Shown: piece by piece, positions 1-8,942 of the stretch
Position numbering within the stretch: position 1 is the stretch's first letter
Layout: each line of letters begins with the position of its first letter
DNA from: Escherichia phage DK-13
Length of the DNA stretch: 64,000 bases
Reading direction: 5' to 3' (one strand)
Sequence record: MT611523.1
Position numbers and translations under genes: made by a program
The notes under the pieces: generated by a model
Told to the model about the DNA's origin: nothing
Databases searched by the model: none
The model's input: the letters and a program-made list of their open reading frames with translations, nothing else

Positions 1-218
1 TCGAAGAAATTATGTACGAAGCATCAATTGAAGGCTTTATGGCTAAGATTGGTTCCTGTCAGACCATGGACGGTCTGAAGGAGTTGGAAGGCTATTATAA
101 GAAACGCAGCAAAGAAGCTGAACTGAAAGATTCCGATGATATCAGTGTTCGCGATGCTCTTGCCGGTAAACGCGCCGAGCTTGAGGATATGGACGACGAA
201 GAAGACGAAGATTTCTAA
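1..218 (+). CDS. hypothetical small acidic protein; 5' end may lie beyond the window (UvsW.1 position in the T4 map)
   Basis: Frame open from window start, first ATG at 12; acidic C-terminus DMDDEEDEDF; convergent with the uvsY-side genes. Confidence 0.4.
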   Translation, partial: EEIMYEASIEGFMAKIGSCQTMDGLKELEGYYKKRSKEAELKDSDDISVRDALAGKRAELEDMDDEEDEDF

Positions 219-252
219 ATAAAAAGGCCCCAACCAAAAGGAAGGGGCAAAA
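218..252 (-). terminator. rho-independent terminator for leftward transcripts
   Basis: On - strand: hairpin GCCCC-(12 nt loop)-GGGGC followed by CTTTTTATTT; lies just downstream of the 276..443 ORF. Confidence 0.6.
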
Positions 253-275
253 CCAAAAATGGTTAACAACACTAG

Positions 276-443
276 CTAAATTAAAAGTTGGGTCTCGTTC
301 AGTTGCTCTTCTGTATTTTCCGTAACTGGCAAACTCTGAACATAATTATAACAGGCGCCCGGATGCACCGGACCTTGGTCTGTATCCACAACCAATGCAG
401 AATCGATTGGAGTTTTACAGACAACACAAATCTTATCTGACAT
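276..443 (-). CDS. 55-aa CxxC...C zinc-ribbon-like protein (uvsY.-2 position); not in ORF track (<60 aa)
   Basis: ATG preceded by GAGGAGACAATC; translation MSDKICVVCKTPIDSALVVDTDQGPVHPGACYNYVQ...; stop TAG then terminator. Confidence 0.45.
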   Translation of the reverse strand: MSDKICVVCKTPIDSALVVDTDQGPVHPGACYNYVQSLPVTENTEEQLNETQLLI

Positions 444-582
444 GATTGTCTCCTCAGTTAAACTTACATATCTATTTAGTGCTCTTCATAATAGCAGCAC
501 GAGCTTTCATCTCATTAACAATTTCGGTTATTCGGTTTGCAGAGATAACCATCTCGTCGAGAATCTTACTAATATTTTTCAT

Positions 583-816
583 TTAATTTTCCTTAAAGTA
601 TCTCATACCAGTATCTATTCCCATATTGTGAGAATAGAACGCATCATCGATGTATCCTGCAAATTTACCTTTAACATAGATAACATCTTCACCACAAGGG
701 TGGTCAGCGCAGATACGAATATCTGCACGATTCAATTTCCATTCCTTCATCATATACTTAATTTCTTCTTCGAACTCTTCGTCTTGGTTAAACGCATCGT
801 CGATAGAATATCGCAT
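583..816 (-). CDS. hypothetical protein (uvsY.-1 position)
   Basis: 77-aa ORF; ATG overlaps uvsY stop (TAATG); GAGG 12 nt upstream. Confidence 0.55.
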   Translation of the reverse strand: MRYSIDDAFNQDEEFEEEIKYMMKEWKLNRADIRICADHPCGEDVIYVKGKFAGYIDDAFYSHNMGIDTGMRYFKEN

Positions 817-1250
817 TACTTGCCCGCCTCAAATTGTCTTATTTCTAACATATGTTTAAGTGCGAAACTTCGTGACTTAACACCATCTAATGCAGCGCTA
901 CAGAAGTCCTGGAGCAGTGTCCAATACTGAATTGACGTATCAATCTTCAGTACGCTTGAATCTGCGGCCATGACTGTTTTCAATTCTGACTTCTCGTACA
1001 CATCCATGCATACTTCTTCCCCTGGGTCACCCCTTCCTGTATAATGGTCTAGTCGTTTTTTCAGTGCAGTTTTCTTCTGAATCTCAAGACGCATTATTTC
1101 TTTCTTGCAGTTGGTATACAATCTCAACCATTTGCTATGCAACAAAACGTTGTTTTGTGTTTCATATTGAAGTTGTGTACCATCAATTTTTAAATCTGCA
1201 TCTAACTCATCCTGAAAGACTTCTAACTTATATTCAATCTCTGTTTTCAT
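816..1250 (-). CDS. uvsY: UvsY recombination mediator
   Basis: Matches remembered T4 UvsY (…KLQYE..NNV.L.SKWL…, …SLQYW..L.DFCS.ALD..KSR.FA.KH….FEAGK); start moved to internal ATG at 1250 because the tracker ATG (1280) overlaps the promoter -10. Confidence 0.85.
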   Translation of the reverse strand: MKTEIEYKLEVFQDELDADLKIDGTQLQYETQNNVLLHSKWLRLYTNCKKEIMRLEIQKKTALKKRLDHYTGRGDPGEEVCMDVYEKSELKTVMAADSSVLKIDTSIQYWTLLQDFCSAALDGVKSRSFALKHMLEIRQFEAGK

Positions 1251-1278
1251 AATGTATCCAATGTAAGGGTCTAGAACC

Positions 1279-1305
1279 ATTATACAGCCATAAAATTAAA
1301 GCATT
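1279..1305 (-). promoter_or_regulatory. MotA-dependent middle promoter upstream of uvsY
   Basis: On - strand: TTAATGCTTTA (MotA-box-like TGCTTTA), 12-nt spacer, TATAAT; overlaps gene 25 3' end. Confidence 0.5.
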
Positions 1306-1693
1306 AACCGTTTTGACTTAGCTGAATCCTGATTTGTTCGAGGGTATCAGGGTCATCAACAATGCTGAACTGAACTGTTACGATAATGGAGTTATCATCA
1401 TACATAGGGACAACTGCCACCTGTAGATTGCTTATCCTTGGTTCGAAGTTCCGCACCGCGGAGACGATGTTGCGTTTAATGGTATCTGTGATTAATGGAG
1501 TGATATTCTCGAAAAGCTGATTACTTATATCACATCCAAATTCAGGCATAAAAGGCCTTGACCCTTTTCTTGTGGTGATTATTCCCAAAAGACTGTTCTT
1601 AACAGACCTTGCACCAGTTACTTTAGCAACGTCTTTATCCCAACTTGTAGATAAGTCGGGAGACACATCGCTATACATTTTGTTTATATTCAT
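1304..1693 (-). CDS. 25: baseplate wedge protein gp25 (GPW/gp25 lysozyme-like family)
   Basis: 129 aa; MNINKMYSD... and ...GIITTRKGSRPF.PEFGCD... match remembered T4 gp25; synteny. Confidence 0.9.
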   Translation of the reverse strand: MNINKMYSDVSPDLSTSWDKDVAKVTGARSVKNSLLGIITTRKGSRPFMPEFGCDISNQLFENITPLITDTIKRNIVSAVRNFEPRISNLQVAVVPMYDDNSIIVTVQFSIVDDPDTLEQIRIQLSQNG

Positions 1694-2317
1694 TTACATA
1701 AACTTAAAGAATTCTTTAAGCCCCTTAATTACATGGACAGAATGTGCTCCGCACTCGCAAGAGATAGGAATAGCCATTTGGACCTGTGGCTTGAGAAGTT
1801 CTTCTGTTAGTGCATTTATATCATCGAGGGTAATTGCATTGTACAGGTCCTCGATTTCAGCTTCATTTAAGTCATCAACAACGATGCGCTCACCGCCTTC
1901 CGTGATAATATATTCGATACAACAAGCAATCATTTTTCCTTTATCACCATCTTCAAACAGTCCAGGATAACGGAATTTAATTTTAAACGCCCCGAAATCA
2001 CGAATAACTTCAGACTCATCCACGATGCTTGCGCGACTTATAGTCACAGGAATATCTTGTTCCTTTCCGCACTCACATACCCATGTATGCTCGACGTTAA
2101 CAGCTCCGAGACTATTTGCCCAGAGATTAATAAGAAGCAGCTCGGCTTCCTGTTTGTTTAACCCTTTAGCATCAGTGCATTTATTAAGCAGTTCAATTAT
2201 TGCAGGTTCCATACGCTTTTCTAATTTTGCCTGAAGCAAATCTTTGTATTCGCGCAAGGTAAAAGCCCTACAATTTATAGTTTTATTTTTAATTTGGACA
2301 ATAAATTCATAAGTCAT
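1694..2317 (-). CDS. 26: baseplate hub protein gp26
   Basis: Synteny (between 25 and divergent 51), size 207 aa from ATG with AAGGAG SD; tracker start at 2350 is TTG. Confidence 0.7.
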   Translation of the reverse strand: MTYEFIVQIKNKTINCRAFTLREYKDLLQAKLEKRMEPAIIELLNKCTDAKGLNKQEAELLLINLWANSLGAVNVEHTWVCECGKEQDIPVTISRASIVDESEVIRDFGAFKIKFRYPGLFEDGDKGKMIACCIEYIITEGGERIVVDDLNEAEIEDLYNAITLDDINALTEELLKPQVQMAIPISCECGAHSVHVIKGLKEFFKFM

Positions 2318-2334
2318 AATTTGCTCCTTTACTG

Positions 2335-2346
2335 TATTTATAAATA
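2335..2346. promoter_or_regulatory. overlapping divergent late promoters (TATAAATA on both strands) between genes 26 and 51
   Basis: + strand TATAAATA at 2339-2346; - strand TATAAATA at 2335-2342 (near-palindrome TATTTATAAATA). Confidence 0.6.
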
Positions 2347-2370
2347 TCAATAAAGATAAAAGGGGATTCT

Positions 2371-3123
2371 ATGGCCAATATCGTAAGATGTGAAATGCCA
2401 GACGGAGTTCATCGTTTCAAACCGTTTACAGTCGCTGATTACCGTGATTTACTGCTTGTGCGAAACGACATGAACAACAAACCCGTCGAAGAACAAAAAC
2501 AATTATTAGACGAACTGTTGGAAGATTATTTTGGAGAGTATCCAAAAGCATGGAGGCCTTACATATTTCTGAAGGTATTCACTTCCTCTATCGGTAAGAC
2601 AAAAGTCCCGGTAGCGTTTGAATGTCAAAAATGTAAAAAGACAAAGCAGACTTTGTTTAACCTGAATCAGGGTCCATTAGTAAATCCAACGATGGAAACC
2701 GCCGGGATAAAAATACAATTTAAGTTCCCTGAAGTGGAATATAAAGATAAGTCAGAGCTTGTCTTGAATACCATCCAGACTGTCGAAGACTCGGAACAAA
2801 AATACAATTGGGAAGACCTTCCTGAAGAAACAAAGATGCAGGTTATCGATGCAATTGATATAGAGAGTCTCGAAGCACTCCTTAAGAAAATGCATTCGGT
2901 TTATATTCCATTTACATATGGCTGTTGTGAAAAGCACAAAACCGAATACACTGACCTGCTTGACGTCTTTAAGCTTATCCTTAACCCGGATGAAGTCTTT
3001 GTATTTTATCAAATTAACCACTTGCTGGTAAAGAATCAATATTCGCTGGATAGCATCATGCATATGATTCCTATTGAACGAGGTATTGCTTTATCACTAG
3101 TTGAGAAGGACTTGAAAAAATGA
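2371..3123 (+). CDS. 51: baseplate hub assembly protein gp51
   Basis: 250 aa, late promoter upstream, position before gp27; synteny/size only. Confidence 0.65.
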   Translation: MANIVRCEMPDGVHRFKPFTVADYRDLLLVRNDMNNKPVEEQKQLLDELLEDYFGEYPKAWRPYIFLKVFTSSIGKTKVPVAFECQKCKKTKQTLFNLNQGPLVNPTMETAGIKIQFKFPEVEYKDKSELVLNTIQTVEDSEQKYNWEDLPEETKMQVIDAIDIESLEALLKKMHSVYIPFTYGCCEKHKTEYTDLLDVFKLILNPDEVFVFYQINHLLVKNQYSLDSIMHMIPIERGIALSLVEKDLKK

Positions 3124-4289
3124 CAGTTAAATCTATGCAGCGCGAAGGCTTTCCTAATATCAGCATCCGCCTTTACGAAGATTATGATGCATGGCTTGAG
3201 CACCGTTTTGTGGAACTAGCTGCTACCTTTACAACGTTAACCATGCGCGATTCCCTTTACGGAAGAAACGAGGGGCTCTTGCAATTCTATGATACGAAAA
3301 ACCTACATACAAAAATGAATGGTGAACAGGTTATTCAGATTTCTGTTAAGAATGCCAACTCTGACCGAACCCAATCTAGAATATATGGAAGTAAACACTT
3401 TGCCGTTTCCGTGGATTCAAAGGGTGATAACATAATTACAATTCAGCTGGCTCCTATTCACGAAATTGAAGACTTGAAATTTAGTCGTATGTTTTACCCG
3501 AGCGTACAGGAAACATTAGTCGAAATGACCGGGGTAATTTATCAAGATAGACCATTACTTTCCCCACCAATAAACGGCATAAACGTTTATGCTCCTAACG
3601 TTCCATGGTGTGATTCGATGAACCAATATATGGAATTCATAAGGGAAGTTGGCCTGTCGGTAGAAACTGATAAATTTGTTTTTGTATGGGAAGATATTGA
3701 TGGGATAAGTATCCAGGATTATGAATGGCTAACATCACAAGAGCCAATTAATTTTGTGGTGGGGGAACCTCGATTGGTTGGGCAATTTGTACAAAACCTG
3801 ACTACTCCTTTAGCCTTCGATTTTGAATGGTTAACAAAGGCAAACCAACACACAAGAAAACCATACGAAAACGCAACCGTGTATGCACATTCATTCCTTG
3901 ATAAGAACGCAACCAGAATAACTTTTGGGGAAGGACAAAACAGTATTCTGGTATCTCGTTCCGGTGGCTATGCAGATTACACATACCGAAATGGTTTCGA
4001 GGAAGCACAACGATTGATAACCATGTCACAATATGACGGTTACGCGCATTGCAAAACGTACGGGAACTTTGAATTAACTCCGGGCGATAAGATAAATTTC
4101 TTTGACCCTAAGAACCAATTCAAATATGATTTTTACGTAGACGAAGTTATTCATGAAGTGAGTAACAATACATCAATTACAAACCTCTATATGTTTACCA
4201 ATGGTAAGCCTATCGAAGTTGAAGAACCACCGAAGGTTAAAAATGAACTTAAAACTGATTCTGCCGACGAAGAAAATACAGCTGGGTGA
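3120..4289 (+). CDS. 27: baseplate hub protein gp27
   Basis: 389 aa; ATGA overlap with gene 51 stop; synteny and size (T4 gp27 about 391 aa). Confidence 0.8.
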   Translation: MTVKSMQREGFPNISIRLYEDYDAWLEHRFVELAATFTTLTMRDSLYGRNEGLLQFYDTKNLHTKMNGEQVIQISVKNANSDRTQSRIYGSKHFAVSVDSKGDNIITIQLAPIHEIEDLKFSRMFYPSVQETLVEMTGVIYQDRPLLSPPINGINVYAPNVPWCDSMNQYMEFIREVGLSVETDKFVFVWEDIDGISIQDYEWLTSQEPINFVVGEPRLVGQFVQNLTTPLAFDFEWLTKANQHTRKPYENATVYAHSFLDKNATRITFGEGQNSILVSRSGGYADYTYRNGFEEAQRLITMSQYDGYAHCKTYGNFELTPGDKINFFDPKNQFKYDFYVDEVIHEVSNNTSITNLYMFTNGKPIEVEEPPKVKNELKTDSADEENTAG

Positions 4290-4761
4290 TAAAGAGATTC
4301 ATGTTCCTAAGCTTGGTCTCAAGCATCACAATCTGATTAAAAACGAACCTAACCCATACGCTGCATTAAGAAAGATTATGCAATCGATATTCCCTAATCT
4401 TACAGCAGCCGAATCCGACTTTGTATCTTTACATCTCCTGGAATTCAATGGTAAGCTAAAAGACAAACGCGAGATTAATGGATTTACATATAAGCTGGAT
4501 GATGTTTATATCTGTCAGCGCCTTGAATTTTCTTATCAAGGAAAGACATTTAAATTCCGCTCCAATAAACCGTATGAAGAATTCGGACCAGTTGACAATC
4601 TCCTGGAGACCCTTTATCTTGGGGAAGATGTTCCAGACTTTCTGGATATGCCTGCTTTTGTTGCTAAGTGGGCAGACGATATCACAAGCACATTAGCAAT
4701 CCCGGGTCCGAATGGTCCTGTTAAGGGGTTACTGAAAATAATGGAACTCCTAAATGAATAA
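4243..4761 (+). CDS. 28: baseplate hub distal subunit gp28
   Basis: Start moved to ATG at 4243 (GAAGG SD); 172 aa; overlaps gp27 3' end; synteny. Confidence 0.65.
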   Translation: MNLKLILPTKKIQLGDKEIHVPKLGLKHHNLIKNEPNPYAALRKIMQSIFPNLTAAESDFVSLHLLEFNGKLKDKREINGFTYKLDDVYICQRLEFSYQGKTFKFRSNKPYEEFGPVDNLLETLYLGEDVPDFLDMPAFVAKWADDITSTLAIPGPNGPVKGLLKIMELLNE

Positions 4762-6499
4762 AAACTCCGAACAAACGAGCTTCAGACGCGGTGGACCTAA
4801 TAAAAAGCTTATCGAAGAATTAGCACCACAAAGGAGGGCGGAAGCCCTCTCTGCTGAACAGAATGATGAATTATCGAATCTGAATACAACTCTTACAAAT
4901 ACTCAGGCGGCAACCGAACTTGTATCGGAAGCTATTGAGGATAAGGGTAATCAGATTATTGAGAATATCCAGACCAACAATGGAGTCCTCCAGGATATCA
5001 GTGCTGGGGTTGAACTGACGGCCGAAGCCACCGAGAAGACTCAACAAGGGATTAAAAACCTCACGGATATTCTCTCGGATAAGCTCGACAAACTCAGTGC
5101 AATGATAAGCGGTAAAATAGGCGTCACGTCTCCTGTGGCTGGTTCTGAAAGCCTTAAACCTGTGGAGGATGCACTACCAGAGCCTGAAGAGAATAAGCCC
5201 ACAGCGAGCGTTCCAGCGCTCATACCGCCAGAAGAAAAAAAGCCCGACGCTGACTTCATTCCGGAACCAGAACAGCCAAAAAACGATGCAGAAGGTAAAG
5301 AGACTAATACCTGGTCACTTGGTGATAAGCTTGATACCCTTTCGAAGATAACCGAAAAAGGATTTAAGGCATCGATTTCTGTAGCTGACCGAATCTCCGG
5401 GATGCTGTTCAAATATACAATTACGGCAGCAGCCGAAGCAGCCAAGCTTATTGGTGGATTATTGTTGTTGGTATTCGGTATCGATGCAATACGAGTTTAC
5501 TTCCAATATTTCATGAAGCAATTCGAAAAAGGCTGGGCCGAATTTAATGATAAGTTCAAAGAATGGGGTCCGTTGCTTGAAGGACTAATGACCTGGGCTA
5601 AGAACGCCGAAGCGATGTTTAGTGAAAGGAACTGGTTAGGATTAGCCGAAGCTATTATCCGTGGGATGGTCAACTTAACGAAGAACATGGCTCAACTTCT
5701 TATGCTTGGTATTTCAAAATTAATCTCGGCTATTTTAAGTAAAATCCCTGGGATGGGTGATTTAGCAGATAATGTGGAAGCCTCAGCTTTGATGTCTTAT
5801 CAGCAAAATACAGGGGCAACTCTGGATGATGAAGACCAAACCAAGATAGCAAAATATCATGACAAACGTTCGGCCGAAGCAATGGAAGCTGCAGAGAAGA
5901 TGAATAAGAAGTATAAGGATAAACCTGAACTAATTAATCAAGCCGAAAAATATGGTAACCTTACCAAGGAACAAGCTGACCAGCTTCGCGCGGGTGGGAT
6001 TGACACAAGCTTCAGAGACCTTCCGGAAGAAGAACGTCTGGACTATTTCAAGAAGCGTGACAAAGCACAGGCTGATATTATTCGTTTGACCCAAACTGCT
6101 GACAACCTAATGAAGCCAGACGCAACCGATAAAAAGAATGCGATGGAAATGAGAGCTAACATTGAAAAACAATTAGCTGACCCAGCTATGGCAAAAGGTG
6201 GAGCTCCGAAAGACCTGAATATGCGCACCCTGTTGGAAAAACTTGATAAGTCTCTCGAGAAGTTCAAAGACGAACCGAAAGTTAAACCGCCGGATGTTAA
6301 GACTTCTCCGGATGCACAACAAGCTGCGAAGGTTGACGAAGGTATGAAGGCCAAAGAAAATAAATACAAGGATGCACCAGCTCAGGCACAAATTAACACG
6401 GTCAATAATATTCAGAAGACTTCCAGGACGCAATACAATATGCCTCCTCAAAGTTCAACCCCTGCCCCTGGCATGAGACAGGCCACGAGAATTAACTAA
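4754..6499 (+). CDS. 29: baseplate hub / tail-length protein gp29
   Basis: 581 aa, coiled-coil/low-complexity centre, overlap with gene 28 stop; synteny/size. Confidence 0.75.
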   Translation: MNKNSEQTSFRRGGPNKKLIEELAPQRRAEALSAEQNDELSNLNTTLTNTQAATELVSEAIEDKGNQIIENIQTNNGVLQDISAGVELTAEATEKTQQGIKNLTDILSDKLDKLSAMISGKIGVTSPVAGSESLKPVEDALPEPEENKPTASVPALIPPEEKKPDADFIPEPEQPKNDAEGKETNTWSLGDKLDTLSKITEKGFKASISVADRISGMLFKYTITAAAEAAKLIGGLLLLVFGIDAIRVYFQYFMKQFEKGWAEFNDKFKEWGPLLEGLMTWAKNAEAMFSERNWLGLAEAIIRGMVNLTKNMAQLLMLGISKLISAILSKIPGMGDLADNVEASALMSYQQNTGATLDDEDQTKIAKYHDKRSAEAMEAAEKMNKKYKDKPELINQAEKYGNLTKEQADQLRAGGIDTSFRDLPEEERLDYFKKRDKAQADIIRLTQTADNLMKPDATDKKNAMEMRANIEKQLADPAMAKGGAPKDLNMRTLLEKLDKSLEKFKDEPKVKPPDVKTSPDAQQAAKVDEGMKAKENKYKDAPAQAQINTVNNIQKTSRTQYNMPPQSSTPAPGMRQATRIN

Positions 6500-6507
6500 G
6501 GAATAAC

Positions 6508-7602
6508 ATGAAAGTAAAAGAACTCGATATTGATATTGCGGGTTTATTTAACGGAGGTTCTAAGACCTCCGCTGGGCAGTCAAAAGCTGCCCAGACTCAA
6601 GCTACTATTGTGGCGCAATATCCAGCAGAACGAGCTTCCGGTAATGATTCTTCAGATGATATGCGAGTTAATGACCTTTATAAAAATGGTCTGTTATTCA
6701 CGGCATACAATTTCAGTTCAAGAACATCTCCGGAATTACGCTCAGACAGGTCAAGCCAATTGACTTCATTAAAGAAAGTTTCCAATGGTGCTTCATTTAA
6801 CCCGGTTAAAAGTTTAACATCTTTTGCTAAATCGAAATTAACCGGCGCTGGCTCAACCGGTAAAAGTTTTGATTCAAACGCTGTTGCAAATATCCTGTTG
6901 CCTCGTTCGAAGTCCGATGTAGAATCCGTATCGCATCGATTCAACGATGTTGGTGAGTCTCTTATTACGAAAGGTGGTGGCTCAGCTACAGGTATTCTTA
7001 GTAACATCGCATCGACTGCAGTTTTCGGCGCACTCGAATCAGTTACAAACGGTGTAATGGCCGACCATGGCGAACAGATTTACACAACGGCACGAAGCAT
7101 GTATGCTGGTCCAGACAACAGGACAAAAGTTTATACATGGGAAATGACTCCACGTTCGGCCCAGGACTTAATCCAGATAGTGAAGATATACGAGATTTTT
7201 AACTATTACTCCTATGGAGAAACCGGTAAAAGTTCGTTTGCTTCCGAGCTGAAAGATAAAATCGATACATGGTATAAATCCACCTTCAAAAAGGAAGCAA
7301 TCGATAACTTTGACGGCAAGTTGCTCGGTGAAGAGATAACAAGCTTCCTAACGAACGTTCTGGTGGTCTCTAACCCTACTATCTGGTATATCCGCAACTT
7401 CGGTGATACAAGCTCGTACGATGGCCGTGGGGAGCTATTTGGGCCGTGCCAGATTCAGAGCATAAGATTCGATAAATCCCCGGATGGTCATTTCGGTGGA
7501 TTAGCTATTGCTCCTAACCTGCCATCGACTTTTGTACTTGAAATCACTTTCCGTGAAATCATTACGCTTAACCGTGGCTCACTATATGCGGAAGGTTTCT
7601 AA
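6508..7602 (+). CDS. 48: baseplate tail-tube junction protein gp48
   Basis: 364 aa (same as T4 gp48), synteny. Confidence 0.75.
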   Translation: MKVKELDIDIAGLFNGGSKTSAGQSKAAQTQATIVAQYPAERASGNDSSDDMRVNDLYKNGLLFTAYNFSSRTSPELRSDRSSQLTSLKKVSNGASFNPVKSLTSFAKSKLTGAGSTGKSFDSNAVANILLPRSKSDVESVSHRFNDVGESLITKGGGSATGILSNIASTAVFGALESVTNGVMADHGEQIYTTARSMYAGPDNRTKVYTWEMTPRSAQDLIQIVKIYEIFNYYSYGETGKSSFASELKDKIDTWYKSTFKKEAIDNFDGKLLGEEITSFLTNVLVVSNPTIWYIRNFGDTSSYDGRGELFGPCQIQSIRFDKSPDGHFGGLAIAPNLPSTFVLEITFREIITLNRGSLYAEGF

Positions 7603-8561
7603 TGTTTACTTTACAAGAATTTCAAACACAAGCGATTAATATCGACTTGCAGAGGAATAACCTTTTTAGTGTGGTCTTCGCGACCACGCCTTCCTCTAAA
7701 TCTCAGAATCTTCTGGACCAGTTCGGGGGTGCATTATTCAGTAACCTTCCTGTTAACTCAGATTGGTTTGGATTAACACAAGGTGACTTAACTCAGGGGA
7801 TAACAACTCTTGTTACTGCCGGGACACAAAAGCTTATTCGCAAATCAGGGATAAGCAAATATCTTATCGGGGCAATGAGTAACCGTGTTGTGCAATCATT
7901 ATTGGGGGAATTTGAGGTTGGTACTTACCTGCTTGATTTCTTTAATATGGCATATCCAACGGCTGGTCTATTAGTTCACTCTGTTAAGCTTCCGGATAAC
8001 ACATTGAACTACGAAATGGACCTTAACCATAATGCACCAAATATCAAGATAACAGGGAGAGAATATTCTCCATTGGTATTGAGCTTCAGAATGGATTCAG
8101 AGGCAGGGAACTTTAGAGCATTTAACGATTGGGTCAACTCTGTACAGGACCCAGTTACCCAGCTAAGGGCCTTGCCTGAAGACGTTGAAGCTGATATTCA
8201 GGTTAACCTTCATTCGCGTAACGGATTGCCGCATACGGTTGTTATGTTAACTGGTTGTGTTCCTGTAAGTGTATCAGCGCCTGAATTGAGTTATGAAGGG
8301 GATAATCAGATAGCTACATTTGATGTAACTTTTGCTTATCGCGTTATGTCAACTGGTGCGGTGGGAAGAGCTGCGGCATTGGAATGGTTGGAAGATAAGG
8401 TTATTAAGGGTGTATCTGGTATTAGTTCAGATAACAACTTGAACTCAGAAGTTGCCAAATTGAGCCGCTTGTCTGGTGCTCAATCTGGATTAACAAGTCT
8501 ATACAATACGTTTACTGGTTCTGGGAGAACAGTCTCTGGTGGAAGTCAACGTATATTATAA
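7602..8561 (+). CDS. 54: baseplate tail-tube initiator gp54
   Basis: 319 aa, ATG overlaps gp48 stop, synteny; followed by terminator. Confidence 0.75.
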   Translation: MFTLQEFQTQAINIDLQRNNLFSVVFATTPSSKSQNLLDQFGGALFSNLPVNSDWFGLTQGDLTQGITTLVTAGTQKLIRKSGISKYLIGAMSNRVVQSLLGEFEVGTYLLDFFNMAYPTAGLLVHSVKLPDNTLNYEMDLNHNAPNIKITGREYSPLVLSFRMDSEAGNFRAFNDWVNSVQDPVTQLRALPEDVEADIQVNLHSRNGLPHTVVMLTGCVPVSVSAPELSYEGDNQIATFDVTFAYRVMSTGAVGRAAALEWLEDKVIKGVSGISSDNNLNSEVAKLSRLSGAQSGLTSLYNTFTGSGRTVSGGSQRIL

Positions 8562-8594
8562 AAAGAAAGGGACCCGAAGGTCCCTTTTTTATTT
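8560..8594. terminator. bidirectional rho-independent terminator between convergent gene 54 and the 8589..8879 ORF
   Basis: GGGACCCGAAGGTCCC hairpin flanked by A-run upstream and T-run downstream. Confidence 0.7.
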
Positions 8595-8879
8595 GCGGAA
8601 TGAAATGAAACCTGCTGCAGTCATTACAACTTCTTTCTTAGCAAAGACTGTAATTGCAATTGGTGCTTCAGATTCAAGTTGCCCAGTTACTACACCATTA
8701 AAAATATTTTCTGTTTGTTCAGAATTTACAAAGTTTTCAACAGGGCGAAGGTCAAACTTCTTATCTTCGCCAAACACGCGCCGCAGTTCATTACCCACCG
8801 CGCTGTCAAACTCTTCTGAAGCCGGGATAACATTCTCAACTACTAGTTCCTGACCATTAAAGCGAAAAGATGATTTCAT
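8589..8879 (-). CDS. hypothetical protein (alt-proximal small ORF)
   Basis: Start moved to ATG with GAGGAAAACAAA SD (MKSSFRFNGQ...); about 96 aa. Confidence 0.5.
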   Translation of the reverse strand: MKSSFRFNGQELVVENVIPASEEFDSAVGNELRRVFGEDKKFDLRPVENFVNSEQTENIFNGVVTGQLESEAPIAITVFAKKEVVMTAAGFISFRK

Positions 8880-8942
8880 TTTGTTTTCCTCATGTGCAAT
8901 TGATATGAACATTGTATCGCACTTCCTTGTGCTTGTAAACCC

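Noticed and set aside
24-272. 82-aa - strand ORF
   Set aside because: Overlaps the acidic + strand ORF and runs through the terminator hairpin; no SD.
442-930. 162-aa + strand ORF
   Set aside because: Antisense to uvsY and the uvsY.-1-position gene, no SD, low-complexity translation; the - strand genes are supported by homology.
1278-1280. Tracker start codons lying inside promoter -10 elements (uvsY 1280, gene 31 16253, 21267, 32241)
   Set aside because: These ATG/TTG codons overlap TATAAT/CATAAT hexamers or stem-loops and have no SD; downstream ATGs with GAGG-type SDs fit homologue lengths better.
5041-5445. 134-aa - strand ORF, and other internal ORFs inside genes 29, 34 and 37
   Set aside because: Embedded antisense or out-of-frame within well-supported late structural genes; Ser/Ala-rich artefactual translations.
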